Shown: positions 25,228 to 34,977 of the stretch, piece by piece
Layout of the letters: every line of letters starts with the position of its first letter
How positions within the stretch are numbered: position 1 is the first letter of the stretch
Assembly (NCBI GenBank): GCA_002753515.1
Contig: PEAK01000002.1
Location: 65,696-129,695 of the forward strand
Length of the DNA: 64,000 bases
Direction of reading: 5' to 3'
DNA from: Magnetococcales bacterium
Lineage (GTDB): Bacteria; Pseudomonadota; Magnetococcia; Magnetococcales; UBA8363
Translations under genes and position numbers: made by a program
The notes under the pieces: model-generated
Database searches by the model: none
Told to the model about the DNA's origin: nothing
The model's input: only the letters and a program-made list of their open reading frames with translations

Positions 25228-25379
25228 TAAACCGCAGCTATCTTGGGATGCGCAGTTCTTGTCATCCCCGCGAAAGCGGGGATCCAGAAAGTCAGGGAAA
25301 GGTGTGTAGACTCCCTGGATCCCCGTTTTCGCGGGGATGACGCTAGAAAACTACGTATCTCGCGCTGGTTGCGGTTTAG
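25228..25379. repeat. MITE/REP-like nested palindromic element
   Basis: Core inverted repeat gtcatccccgcgaaagcggggatccag (25261-25287) / ctggatccccgttttcgcggggatgac (25315-25341). Outer inverted repeat taaaccgcagc / gttgcggtttag. Confidence 0.8.
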
Positions 25380-25618
25380 TGTGGGGGGCGGCCCTCAGCA
25401 CGTCCCCCAAGCATAACCATGTTTGCCAGTGAAGGCAAATATCTTGACTTAAAGGCTGGTGGCCCTACCCATGCAATGTCTGGTTCCTGTCCGATGCATG
25501 GGTAGGTACGCCGGGGTATCTGGTGCATATAATCATAAAGAACCGCCGGTGTAAGAGATATATGGAATGAATGAAATAATTTTATACGTAGCTCAGTTTT
25601 GTATTGAAAGGAATACGA

Positions 25619-25804
25619 TCATCCCGTTGCACGGCAATCTTTTTTCCGGCCTGGGCCGATGCAGCGGGCGCGGATTGGTTGGTCGGGGGGGGCGGTGCGT
25701 TTGGGATTGTTTTCCTGTTGGGGGACAGAGTCCGAGCGTGCCTTACCCGCCTGGGGCGATTGTCCCGGGGAGGGCAGCGGTTTTTTCGGGGGTGGGGCTT
25801 GCAT
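25619..25804 (-). pseudogene. Truncated duplicate of the pilZ 5' end (N-terminal Pro-rich region only)
   Basis: MQAPPPKKPLPSPGQSPQAGKARSDSVPQQENNPKRTAPP matches the N-terminus of the 24744-25190 product and then diverges and terminates. It lies in copy B of the tandem duplication. Confidence 0.65.
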
Positions 25805-25841
25805 GGACCAGTTACCTTGTGGGCGATACTTTACGATTGAG

Positions 25842-25994
25842 TTAAACCGCAGCTATCTTGGGATGCGCAGTTCTTGTCATCCCCGCGAAAGCGGGGATCC
25901 AGAAAGTCAGGGAAAGGTGTGTAGACTCCCTGGATCCCCGCTTTCGCGGGGATGACGCTAGAAAACTACGTATCTCGCGCTGGTTGCGGTTTAG
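25842..25994. repeat. MITE/REP-like nested palindromic element
   Basis: Nearly identical to 25228-25379. The core inverted-repeat arms are gtcatccccgcgaaagcggggatccag / ctggatccccgctttcgcggggatgac. Confidence 0.8.
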
Positions 25995-26260
25995 TGTGGG
26001 GGGCGGCCCTCAGCACGTCCCCCAAGCATAACCATGTTTGCCAGTGAAGGCAAATATCTTGACTTAAAGGCTGGTAACTCGGTCTATGCGATACCCAGTT
26101 CCTGTCCGATATGTGCGTAAGTACGCCGGGGTGTCGGGTGCATATAATCATAAAATGCCGTCGGTTTAGGAGATATATAGAATGAAGGAAATAATCTTAT
26201 ATGTATTCTGACTTTCGATAATATGGTGAATCGGGGGGCGGGTTGGGGGAAAATGGTTGG

Positions 26261-26473
26261 TCAGGGAAGGTCGTTGACCGAGACGATTTTGAGGAGGCGG
26301 TTGATATCGCGCACCGACAATTCGGTGGTGAAGGAGAGCGAGGTCAGTTGATTGTTTGCCGAGGTTTCGTGGGTCGACAAGCCCGGATTTTCGGACGATT
26401 GTGGCCGACCGGAATGGCTGCAAAGACTTTCGGGCTTTGCATCCAACATATTGTTATGATTCATTGTTTCCAT
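26261..26473 (-). CDS. Small hypothetical protein (70 aa, polar/disordered)
   Basis: Strong RBS context (ggaaAGGAGGtgaattgacATG). No recognisable domain. Divergent from yejE. Confidence 0.3.
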   Translation of the reverse strand: METMNHNNMLDAKPESLCSHSGRPQSSENPGLSTHETSANNQLTSLSFTTELSVRDINRLLKIVSVNDLP

Positions 26474-26863
26474 GTCAATTCACCTCCTTTCCATCGTTCA
26501 TCACCGCTTTAGTGCAAGGGTTCATCCTAGCAGAGGAGGCGGACGAATGCCCGGAAATTTCCATGGCGAAATGTGCTATTTCAGGCTGGAAAAGGGTAAC
26601 CTATTGAGGACAGTAGCAAAAAAAAATGCCTAACGGAACCTGGAACTCGGCACCCAAAATGCAGAGTCCGTTGCCGGTTTCGCAGTTGGAAAGCGGTATA
26701 TTAGCGATGATTTTTATAATTATCCTTTATTATTAAGGCATGGCCCGTTGTCGGCACAATTCGCGTTTGCAGTTGGCACTGGATGCCGGATAGGTGTCGC
26801 AAATGCTCAGACTTTCGATCATACCTTTTCCGGGGCCGGCATTGGCCTTATACTGTTTAGATC

Positions 26864-27892
26864 ATGTGGCCCACTTTTTCACCAATGACCCGCAGGCGTT
26901 GGCAACGCTTTCAATCCCATCGCCGGGGGTATGTCTCCCTTTGGGTGTTTTCGCTCTTGTTCGTGCTGTCCCTGGGGGCGGAACTGATCTCCAACGACAA
27001 ACCATTGCTCGTATCCTACCAGGGCCATTTCTACTTTCCGTTAATCCATTCCTATCCCGAAACCGAATTTGGCGGGTTTTTCCAAACGGAGGCGGATTAC
27101 AAGGATCCGTTCCTGAAGAACATCCTGACCAGTCATGGTAACTGGATGGTGTTCCCCCCCAATCCCCACAGCTATGCCTCGATCAACACGCAACTGACCG
27201 GCCCCGCTCCCTCCCACCCCGATGCGGTCAATCTGCTGGGGACCGATGATCGGGCACGGGACGTCCTGGCACGCCTGATCTATGGTTTTCGTTTGTCGGT
27301 GTTGTTCGCCCTGGGGCTGACAGCTATTGGTGTCGTGGTGGGTATTGTCGCAGGGGCCATTCAGGGCTATTTCGGTGGTCGTACCGATCTTTTCCTGCAA
27401 CGCTTCATGGAAATATGGGGCAGTATGCCCGAATTGTACCTCCTGATCATTTTCGCCAGTCTGTTTCAACCCAGCATCTGGCTGTTGATGGCGTTGCTCT
27501 CCCTGTTCGGTTGGTTGAGCCTGGCCGATTATGTCCGTGCTGAATTCCTGCGGGCGCGCAATATGGTCTACGTCAAATCGGCCAGGGCATTGGGGGCCAC
27601 GGATGTGAGCATCATGTTTCGTCATGTGTTGCCCAACACCATGACCCCGGTGATCACCTTTTTACCATTCCGTATTTCCGGTTCCATTTTGGCGTTGACC
27701 AGCCTCGATTTTTTAGGTTTGGGCGTTCCGCCATCCACGCCGAGCCTCGGGGAATTGCTCAGTCAGGGCAAGGCCAATATTGAAGCCTGGTGGCTCTCGC
27801 TTTCCGCCTTTGTGGTTCTGGTGGCCATGATGTTGTTGTTGAACTTCATCGGCGAGGCCCTGCGCGACGCCATGGACCCCGGCAAGGAGTGA
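26864..27892 (+). CDS. yejE: ABC transporter permease, YejE-like (peptide/microcin C-type importer)
   Basis: N-terminus RRRWQRFQSHRRGYVSLWVF..ELISNDKPLLV..GHFYFP is typical of YejE. Also LGTDDRARDVLARLIYGFR and a BPD-transporter permease core. The start could be the ATG at 26885. Confidence 0.8.
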   Translation: MWPTFSPMTRRRWQRFQSHRRGYVSLWVFSLLFVLSLGAELISNDKPLLVSYQGHFYFPLIHSYPETEFGGFFQTEADYKDPFLKNILTSHGNWMVFPPNPHSYASINTQLTGPAPSHPDAVNLLGTDDRARDVLARLIYGFRLSVLFALGLTAIGVVVGIVAGAIQGYFGGRTDLFLQRFMEIWGSMPELYLLIIFASLFQPSIWLLMALLSLFGWLSLADYVRAEFLRARNMVYVKSARALGATDVSIMFRHVLPNTMTPVITFLPFRISGSILALTSLDFLGLGVPPSTPSLGELLSQGKANIEAWWLSLSAFVVLVAMMLLLNFIGEALRDAMDPGKE

Positions 27893-27900
27893 CGCTCGCC

Positions 27901-29496
27901 ATGGACTCTTTGTTGTTGGAAGTGGGCAATCTATCGATCAGTTTTGGTACCGGGGAAGATCGGGTCCAGGCGGTGGATGGGATCTCCTTTACCTTGTCCC
28001 CGGGGGAAACGTTGGGATTGGTGGGTGAGTCGGGTAGTGGCAAAACCATGGCGGCCATGTCGTTATTGCGTCTCCTGCCCCCTACCGCCCGTTTTCAAGC
28101 CGATGTGCTGCGTTTTCGTGGTCAATCCATGATCACCCTTGATGACAAGGCTTTGTTGCACGTGCGTGGTCGCGGCATAGGCATGATCTTCCAGGAACCC
28201 ATGACCGCCTTGAATCCGGTGTATCCCATATTTCGCCAATTGGCGGAAAACATGGATCACACCCTGGATCGGAAACAATTGCGCACTGAGGCGATACACC
28301 TGCTGGATGTGACGGGCATTTCCAGACCCGAAGATTATCTGGATGCCTATCCCCATCAATTGTCGGGAGGGCAGCGGCAGCGGGTGATGATTGCCATGGC
28401 GTTGGCGAGAAAACCCGATTTGTTGATCGCCGACGAACCGACAACCGCTTTGGATGTGACCATTCAGGCGCAGATTTTACAGTTGCTGACCGCGATCCAG
28501 AAACGCCTTGGCATGGCAATGCTCTTGATTTCTCATGATTTACATATGGTGCGTAAGGTGGCGTCACGGGTGGCGGTCATGCAAAATGGGCGGATCGTCG
28601 AGCAGGGGACGACCGCAGCAATTTTTAACGCCCCAACCCATCCCTATACCAAACGCCTGATTGCCAGTCTTCCCAATGCCAGCGGTCCCGAGCCGATTTC
28701 GCAACCGGTTCCATTGCTCCAGGGCGAAAATTTGGCGTGCCATTTTCCGGTGAAGAAAGGGTTTTTCCGGCGAACGGTGGGTTCCATCAAAGCGGTGGAT
28801 GGGGTATCGCTCACCATTCATCGTGGTGAAACCGTGGGGGTGGTGGGGGAATCGGGTAGTGGCAAAACGACCCTGGGAGAACTCATCTTACGATTGAACG
28901 AGGGGACGGGGCGTTTGTTGTGGGAGGGTGTTGATCTGTTTTCCCTCAATCGTGTGGCGTTACGGCAGATGCGGCGACAGATCCAGGTTGTGTTCCAGGA
29001 TCCCTTCTCTTCGTTGTCCCCCAGATGGAGTATTGGGCAAATCCTGGAGGAGGGATTGATCCTGCACGGGATGAAAGGGGAACCGGAGCGGCGCCGGCAC
29101 GTGGTGTTGTCCATGTTGGAGGAGGTCGGTTTGGAGGCTTCGGCTTTGCACCGTTATCCGCACCAATTTTCCGGTGGTCAGCGCCAGCGGATCGCCATCG
29201 CCCGCGCCATGGTACTCAATCCCCGCCTGTTGGTTTTGGACGAACCCACCAGTGCGTTGGATCTCACGGTTCAGGCGCAAATATTAGCGCTTTTACGCAA
29301 ATTGCAGGAACGGCATCAACTTTCGTTTCTCTTCATATCCCATGATCTCAGGGTGATTCGTGCCATGTCGCATCAGGTGATGGTAATGTGGCAGGGCAGG
29401 GTGGTGGAGACAGGGGTGTCAGAGGATGTGTTTCGTAACCCCAAACACCCCTATACCCAACAATTGTTGCGGGCGGCCTTGGACCTTTCCGCCTAA
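27901..29496 (+). CDS. yejF: ABC transporter ATP-binding protein with duplicated ATPase domains, YejF-like
   Basis: Two Walker A motifs (GESGSGKT twice), two signature motifs ([18 protein letters not shown]) and two Walker B motifs ([24 protein letters not shown]). ATG at 27901. Confidence 0.85.
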   Translation: MDSLLLEVGNLSISFGTGEDRVQAVDGISFTLSPGETLGLVGESGSGKTMAAMSLLRLLPPTARFQADVLRFRGQSMITLDDKALLHVRGRGIGMIFQEPMTALNPVYPIFRQLAENMDHTLDRKQLRTEAIHLLDVTGISRPEDYLDAYPHQLSGGQRQRVMIAMALARKPDLLIADEPTTALDVTIQAQILQLLTAIQKRLGMAMLLISHDLHMVRKVASRVAVMQNGRIVEQGTTAAIFNAPTHPYTKRLIASLPNASGPEPISQPVPLLQGENLACHFPVKKGFFRRTVGSIKAVDGVSLTIHRGETVGVVGESGSGKTTLGELILRLNEGTGRLLWEGVDLFSLNRVALRQMRRQIQVVFQDPFSSLSPRWSIGQILEEGLILHGMKGEPERRRHVVLSMLEEVGLEASALHRYPHQFSGGQRQRIAIARAMVLNPRLLVLDEPTSALDLTVQAQILALLRKLQERHQLSFLFISHDLRVIRAMSHQVMVMWQGRVVETGVSEDVFRNPKHPYTQQLLRAALDLSA

Positions 29497-30509
29497 CCTT
29501 TGTCAGAAAATACCCCTTCCAGCGACTGGGCATCAAAAATACGGAGACTCCAATTTTCCAGGTCAGGCAAATCGGCTTTGTCAATTTTTTCCTCGACCCA
29601 AGTGGGTAATGTGCCGAAGCGGTTTTGCAACTGACGTATCAACGATTTTGCCGCCCCTTTTATTTCGCCACGCTGTTCACCAATGGTCTCGCCCTCCAGC
29701 CTGCCCTCCAGCCTGCCCTCCAGCCTACCCTCCAGCTTGCCAATACCGTAGGTCGATAGAACCATGCTGGCCTGATCATGAAGGTCATCTTTGTAGCGTT
29801 CGTAGGATTCTCGTTCTGCTCCAGAAAGTTTCAATATATCAAGCTGCTCTTTGGCTTTATCAAGACCACGTGCGGTGAATCCCTCACGAATTTCCTCATT
29901 TTTCAAAAAGTAAATCCACTCATCCAAAGTATCACGCGCCATATCATCGAAGCGATTTATCTTGATCAGATAATATTCTGGGTAAAGTTCTGGAATGGAA
30001 TTTCGGTGAAAGAGAGCCTTTTGACCATCGCTAAGATGTAATTCGTCATTGGTATGCATTCCTTTAAAAATAGTCGTCCCCTTATAAATGTAATCGTCTC
30101 CCTCTCCCAAGTCGAAATACATGATACTCACTGAAATAACTTTAGGTGAATTTGCGTACGGTTCTCCTTCATCGATATGTTCTGTAACGGCCTTGGCTGT
30201 GCCATACAATAGGCGTTGCAGATAATCCAACTGCCGTTGGAATTGTATCTCGATAAGGATCAAGTCACCGCGCTTATTTTTGACTTTGATATCCACGCGA
30301 TTGTATTTATCACGCCGATCCTCTTTGTTGCTTTCACTTTCCAATATTTCCTGGATATGAATATCATCCTTGAGGAGTTCGCTCAAGAACCCCTCAAGGA
30401 TTTCAAAATTGGCCTTGCTGCGTAAAAGGCGTTTCAAGGCCCAATCGAAGCTGATCAATCGACGTTGTTTCACGTTCCGCTGTCCTTCACCATACTGCAA
30501 ACAACACAA
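29493..30509 (-). CDS. Rpn-family / PD-(D/E)XK nuclease-family putative transposase with DUF4351-like C-terminus
   Basis: ISFDWALKRLLRSKANFEILEGFLSELL, the nuclease core RVDIKVKNKRGDLILIEIQ, and the C-terminal tail GEIKGAAKSLIRQLQNRFGTLP. The region is AT-rich relative to its flanks. The convergent 4-nt overlap is with the yejF stop. Confidence 0.7.
   Translation of the reverse strand: MCCLQYGEGQRNVKQRRLISFDWALKRLLRSKANFEILEGFLSELLKDDIHIQEILESESNKEDRRDKYNRVDIKVKNKRGDLILIEIQFQRQLDYLQRLLYGTAKAVTEHIDEGEPYANSPKVISVSIMYFDLGEGDDYIYKGTTIFKGMHTNDELHLSDGQKALFHRNSIPELYPEYYLIKINRFDDMARDTLDEWIYFLKNEEIREGFTARGLDKAKEQLDILKLSGAERESYERYKDDLHDQASMVLSTYGIGKLEGRLEGRLEGRLEGETIGEQRGEIKGAAKSLIRQLQNRFGTLPTWVEEKIDKADLPDLENWSLRIFDAQSLEGVFSDKG
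29689..29736 (-). repeat. 4 x 12-bp in-frame tandem repeat encoding (GRLE)n
   Basis: tcgccctccagc ctgccctccagc ctgccctccagc ctaccctccagc, translated on the minus strand as LEGRLEGRLEGRLEGE. Confidence 0.9.
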
Positions 30510-30631
30510 TTTCGATTGCGCAGTCTACCCGATTTCATTGGTAACTTACCAGCGTTGATTAACCAATCCGATATATAGCCACCCCTGTCTATTTCCTTCT
30601 AAATATTAAATCCTAATGGCTGAATTGGCTG

Positions 30632-31450
30632 TCATTGGATTACTTTAGTATTGTTATAGACATGATCCTGTATGAGTTTCATATAATACTTCATGTGATG
30701 GTCTTCGGCTTCATCCAGACCACGTAATGAGAGGGCGGACTCGATCCTTCCATTCAATTTGTCGAGAAAGCTTTCCCATATGGAAAGGTTTCCGTGGAGT
30801 TGTCCAATGGCGTCAAAATAACGCAATGTTCCAACGTCCTTGTAGCCCATGAAACGCGGTGGCACACGGGTAACCAAATCGTTATTGTTGACAAAACGGA
30901 ATGTTGAATCAAGAAATTTTTTATTATAGGCATTTGCGAAATCCTCATCTCCACACCTTGGTGAACCATATGTGTATATCCCACGAGGTTTGTTTTTCAC
31001 TCTCGGGAAGAATCGGTCTGCGGCTAAGGTTGCCAAGGCGCCACCAAGGCTGTGGCCGGTGAACCAGATGGGGCGTCCTTTGCTGCAACACTTTTGCATG
31101 GTTTCGTCAAGTTCTGTCCAGATGCTATCGAGCGAATCCCAAAAACCTTTATGCACTTTTCCACCGAGGCCGGGGACGGTGGGTATGTTCAGATCGGTCC
31201 ACACATCTGTGATTTCCTGGGTACCGCGAAAGGCGACAACTGCGTATTCGTCATTACAAGCGACGAAAGCCTGGGTACTTGTCCCCACGTTGTCCACGAA
31301 ATAGACGTTGGTAAACCCCCACGATTGCGCTTTGGATGTAACTTTAGCTTTGTTCTCGTAAGCAAGTTTGGCGGCATGTACCAGTGCCAGGGCATTGACG
31401 CTCCTGTAACTATCGGCATTGTGCTCGAATTGATCGAATGGAAAATTCAT
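30632..31450 (-). CDS. Class 3 (fungal-type) lipase family alpha/beta hydrolase
   Basis: AAGGAG RBS before the ATG at 31450. Nucleophile elbow GHSLGGALA, with upstream VVAFRGT and downstream YTYGSPRCGD motifs. AT-rich. Confidence 0.75.
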   Translation of the reverse strand: MNFPFDQFEHNADSYRSVNALALVHAAKLAYENKAKVTSKAQSWGFTNVYFVDNVGTSTQAFVACNDEYAVVAFRGTQEITDVWTDLNIPTVPGLGGKVHKGFWDSLDSIWTELDETMQKCCSKGRPIWFTGHSLGGALATLAADRFFPRVKNKPRGIYTYGSPRCGDEDFANAYNKKFLDSTFRFVNNNDLVTRVPPRFMGYKDVGTLRYFDAIGQLHGNLSIWESFLDKLNGRIESALSLRGLDEAEDHHMKYYMKLIQDHVYNNTKVIQ

Positions 31451-31738
31451 TATACGTCTCCTTAAAAATTCAAGGCAAATGGGTTTGGTCTGAACCTCAA
31501 TCCAGCTTGAAAGGATTGATAGCATAACAATAAATTATTTGCAAACTATAAATCAGATACTGCATGCATAATCTAATGACGTAATCGACCAGTCCCTGTT
31601 GCCTTGCCAAGGATTGGCATGCATGAAAGAATGGGTAATCATGGGGCTAAGGAGGGTCCATCAGGGATTCGTCCCTCATTTTCCTGGTTTTTTTTCCGTA
31701 GCATGGATATTTGTTCATGGGGCTTCAGGGGTGACGAC

Positions 31739-32830
31739 ATGACCATTGGTTGCGAGGGTGATCGGGATAAACTGGAGCAATTGCTCAAGTTGTTGGAAGG
31801 GCGCAAGGGGGAGATGCATGCCGTTGTCATGCAGGATTTTCCCGATCCGGATGCCTTGTCTTGCGCCTGGGCCTACCGGCTGATTGCGGCGGGCCTGGGG
31901 ATTGAAACGGAACTGTTGTACGGAGGGAAAATCAGTCACCAGGAAAACAAGGCGTTGATCAACTTGCTGAAGATTGAGTGTATCGCCGTTCCTCCCGATC
32001 AACCGTTGGAAAAAGATCGTTATCAGGGATCGGTGTTTGTTGATAACCAGGGGACGACATCCAATTTAGTGAGTCGTTTGGAAAAACTCGGGGTGCCGGT
32101 ATTGGTGGTTGTCGATCATCATGCGTTGCAGGATCGGTTGCATCCCTTGTTTACCGATATTCGACCGGTTGGTGCCTGTGCCTCCATTTTTGCCGATTAT
32201 ATTCAGTTGGGTGCCTTGAATTTGCAGGCCTCCAACCTGGAACACAAACATTTGGCCACGGCTCTCATGCATGGCATCATCAGCGAGACCGGCTCCATGA
32301 TACGGGCCAAGCCGATTGATTTTCTCGCGGCGGCTCGTCTGCAACCTTTTTATGACCACGATTTATTGATGGAAATATTGCACCAACAGCGGAGTCATCG
32401 CGGTATGGAGATCATTCGCCTGGCGTTGGAAAATCGTGAAATTCGTGAGGGGTTTTGTTTGTCTGGAGTGGGATATCTGCGCGCCGGTGATCGGGATGCC
32501 ATTCCTCAGGCGGCCGATTTTTTGTTGACCGAAGAAACCGTTCACACGGCGGTGGTATTTGGCATTGTCACGCATGCCGGTGGCGAGGAGGTGATCAGTG
32601 GATCGTTACGGACCGCCAAATTGGCTTTAAGTCCAGACACGTTCTTGAAGGAGGGTTTGGGGCGCAATGCGACCGGGGCGTTTTATGGGGGGGGCAAGGC
32701 AACGGCGGGAGGATTTGAGATTCCGTTGGGATTTTTGTCGGGGTCGGAGGACGAGGAGTTGGCCCGGATGAAGTGGGAAACCTTCAATGCCAAAATAAAG
32801 AAGAAATTTTTCGGGAGTATCGGGGCTTAG
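31739..32830 (+). CDS. DHH/DHHA1-family phosphoesterase (NrnA-like)
   Basis: DFPDPDALSCA (DxD), VVVDHH (DHH motif) and the C-terminal GGGKATAGGF (GGGH-like DHHA1 motif). ATG at 31739. Confidence 0.75.
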   Translation: MTIGCEGDRDKLEQLLKLLEGRKGEMHAVVMQDFPDPDALSCAWAYRLIAAGLGIETELLYGGKISHQENKALINLLKIECIAVPPDQPLEKDRYQGSVFVDNQGTTSNLVSRLEKLGVPVLVVVDHHALQDRLHPLFTDIRPVGACASIFADYIQLGALNLQASNLEHKHLATALMHGIISETGSMIRAKPIDFLAAARLQPFYDHDLLMEILHQQRSHRGMEIIRLALENREIREGFCLSGVGYLRAGDRDAIPQAADFLLTEETVHTAVVFGIVTHAGGEEVISGSLRTAKLALSPDTFLKEGLGRNATGAFYGGGKATAGGFEIPLGFLSGSEDEELARMKWETFNAKIKKKFFGSIGA

Positions 32831-32928
32831 CCAGTCCACTTGAATTTGTCACAATGAGTTCTGATCGTTGTCAAAATTGGGCTGGATGGATACGTACAAT
32901 AAAAACTTGAGAGGGGTGGTGACGTGGC

Positions 32929-33801
32929 ATGACAGGAGTGGATCCCAAGGAACCCAAGCCGCGCTGGCTCAAGGTCAGGGCACCGTTGTCAGCGGCATGC
33001 CTGGAGGTGGAGCGGTTGCTCAAGGGGATGCAGCTGCACACGGTGTGTCAATCGGCCAGTTGCCCCAATCGGGGTCAATGTTGGGGAGAAGGGGAGGCGG
33101 CGTTCCTGATTTTAGGCAATATATGTACGCGACGCTGTGGGTTTTGCGACGTGACGACGGGTCGTCCGGGGGCGGTCGATGTTGAGGAACCACGGCGTTT
33201 GGCCGTAGCGGCAAAGGTCATGCGCTTGAAGCACGTCGTGATCACCTCAGTCAATCGCGACGATTTGGCAGATGGTGGCGCTTTCCAGTTCGCCGCATGC
33301 ATTCAAGCGTTGCGTGCGGCGCGGGACGTACCCGTCATCGAGGTGCTGACCCCGGATTTCCAGGGGGATTTGCCCAGTTTGGATCGGGTGTTGCAAGCTG
33401 GACCCGATGTGTTCAACCTGAATGTGGAGACGGTATCCCGTCTTTATCGGGAGGTTCGTCCCGCTTCCAACTATGAACGGGTACTGGGTATGCTGGCCCA
33501 TGCCAGCCGGATCGGACCGGCGGTTGTCAAGTCGGGCATCATGCTGGGTTTGGGGGAAACAGATGAGGAAGTGATGGATACCCTTAAAGACTTGCGTGCG
33601 AGTGGCGTGACCATGCTGACGATTGGACAATATTTGCGACCGAGTCTGTCGCACAGGCCGGTGGCGCGTTATGTGCCTCCAGAGGCGTTTCAAGCGCTGG
33701 GTGAAGAGGCGTATCGGTTGGGATTCACCCGGGTGGCGAGCCATCCTTTGGCACGATCCTCTTTTCATGCGAAAACGTTGTATGATGGTTCGGTGCTTTA
33801 A
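32929..33801 (+). CDS. lipA: Lipoyl synthase
   Basis: CQSASCPNRGQCW plus the radical-SAM motif CTRRCGFCDV. Typical length of 290 aa. Confidence 0.95.
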   Translation: MTGVDPKEPKPRWLKVRAPLSAACLEVERLLKGMQLHTVCQSASCPNRGQCWGEGEAAFLILGNICTRRCGFCDVTTGRPGAVDVEEPRRLAVAAKVMRLKHVVITSVNRDDLADGGAFQFAACIQALRAARDVPVIEVLTPDFQGDLPSLDRVLQAGPDVFNLNVETVSRLYREVRPASNYERVLGMLAHASRIGPAVVKSGIMLGLGETDEEVMDTLKDLRASGVTMLTIGQYLRPSLSHRPVARYVPPEAFQALGEEAYRLGFTRVASHPLARSSFHAKTLYDGSVL

Positions 33802-33832
33802 TTCCTGGCAAAAGATGTGGGATTTTTGAGAC

Positions 33833-34537
33833 ATGAAGTCGGAGGTTGCCAAACCGAATACCTGCCCTTACGATTTGTGGCGCCCCGGTCGGGTGGACTA
33901 TACCTTGGCATTGTCCATGCAGCAACAACGGGTGGAAACCTTGTTGACCCGGGGTGGACCCAATCTGCTCTTGTTGTTGGAGCATCCCCCGGTCTATACC
34001 ATGGGGCGTTCGGGGAAGCGGGATGAAGTATTGGCGATGCCACCCGGCCACGCCCCGGTTCCACTCATCCTGACCGACAGGGGGGGGCGGGTGACGTATC
34101 ATGGTCCGGGGCAGTTGGTGGCCTATGTGATTCGTGACCTGCGTCCCGATACCGGGCGGGTATTGGACCATGTGCGGCGTTTGGAAGCGGTGGTATTGGC
34201 AACCTTGGCCGCTTTCGGGATACAGGGGATGCGGGAATCCGGCAACCCGGGGGTATGGGTGGCGGGGGAAAAAATAGCGGCATTGGGGGTGCGAATCCGC
34301 CGGGGTATCACCTACCATGGTATCGCCATCAATCGGGATGTGGACCTGACACCCTATTCCGGGATCATTCCGTGCGGTCTCCAGGGTCGTGGGGTGACCT
34401 CACTGGAACGCCTGGGGTGTCGGGTGAGTGAGACGGTGTTGCAAGAAGAAGTGTTGCGTGCGTTTTGCGAAGTTTTTGCGGCGCACCTGACGGAAATTTT
34501 CCCGAAAATCGATAACGTGAACTGGACGTTGCCATGA
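33833..34537 (+). CDS. lipB: Octanoyltransferase (lipoyl(octanoyl) transferase)
   Basis: LLLLEHPPVYTMGRSG, RGGRVTYHGPGQLVAY, KIAALGVRI and IIPCGL. Confidence 0.9.
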   Translation: MKSEVAKPNTCPYDLWRPGRVDYTLALSMQQQRVETLLTRGGPNLLLLLEHPPVYTMGRSGKRDEVLAMPPGHAPVPLILTDRGGRVTYHGPGQLVAYVIRDLRPDTGRVLDHVRRLEAVVLATLAAFGIQGMRESGNPGVWVAGEKIAALGVRIRRGITYHGIAINRDVDLTPYSGIIPCGLQGRGVTSLERLGCRVSETVLQEEVLRAFCEVFAAHLTEIFPKIDNVNWTLP

Positions 34538-34974
34538 ACACGATCGAAACGCCCTTGCTGACAGCCGACATTGTGATAGAGCTGGTGGATTATGATCATC
34601 GTCCCGTGGTTTTGATCGAGCGGAAAAATCCCCCCCATGGTTGGGCCATTCCGGGGGGATTTGTTGATCGCGGGGAACGGGTGGAGCGGGCTGCGGTGCG
34701 CGAGGCTTTGGAGGAAACCGGCTTGCAGGTGACCTTGATCGCCCTGCTCGGGCTCTATTCGGCACCGGATCGGGATCCGCGCTTTCATACGGCGACGGCC
34801 CTGTATGTTGCCCGGGCTTCCGGGCAGCCCGTGGCCCGGGATGATGCCAAACAGGTGGCCATTTTTGCGGTGGACCAGTTGCCGACCGGCTTGGCTTTTG
34901 ACCATGACTTGATGATACAGGATTATTTGGCATGGCGCCGGGAAGGGTGTGTGGCACCACTCAGGGGGGAATGA
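34534..34974 (+). CDS. NUDIX hydrolase
   Basis: Nudix box GGFVDRGERVERAAVREALEETGLQV. The start overlaps the lipB stop (ATGA). Confidence 0.8.
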   Translation: MNTIETPLLTADIVIELVDYDHRPVVLIERKNPPHGWAIPGGFVDRGERVERAAVREALEETGLQVTLIALLGLYSAPDRDPRFHTATALYVARASGQPVARDDAKQVAIFAVDQLPTGLAFDHDLMIQDYLAWRREGCVAPLRGE

Positions 34975-34977
34975 TCC

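Larger units (their letters stand above)
24981..26205. repeat. Tandem duplication, 2 x ~612 bp (copy A 24981-25592, copy B 25593-~26205), diverged by scattered substitutions
   Basis: Copy A (cagtttggtattgaacggga...gagatatatggaatgaatgaaataatttt) aligns colinearly with copy B (cagttttgtattgaaaggaa...gagatatatagaatgaaggaaataatctt). Each copy holds the first ~210 bp of pilZ, its upstream region and a MITE. Confidence 0.85.
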
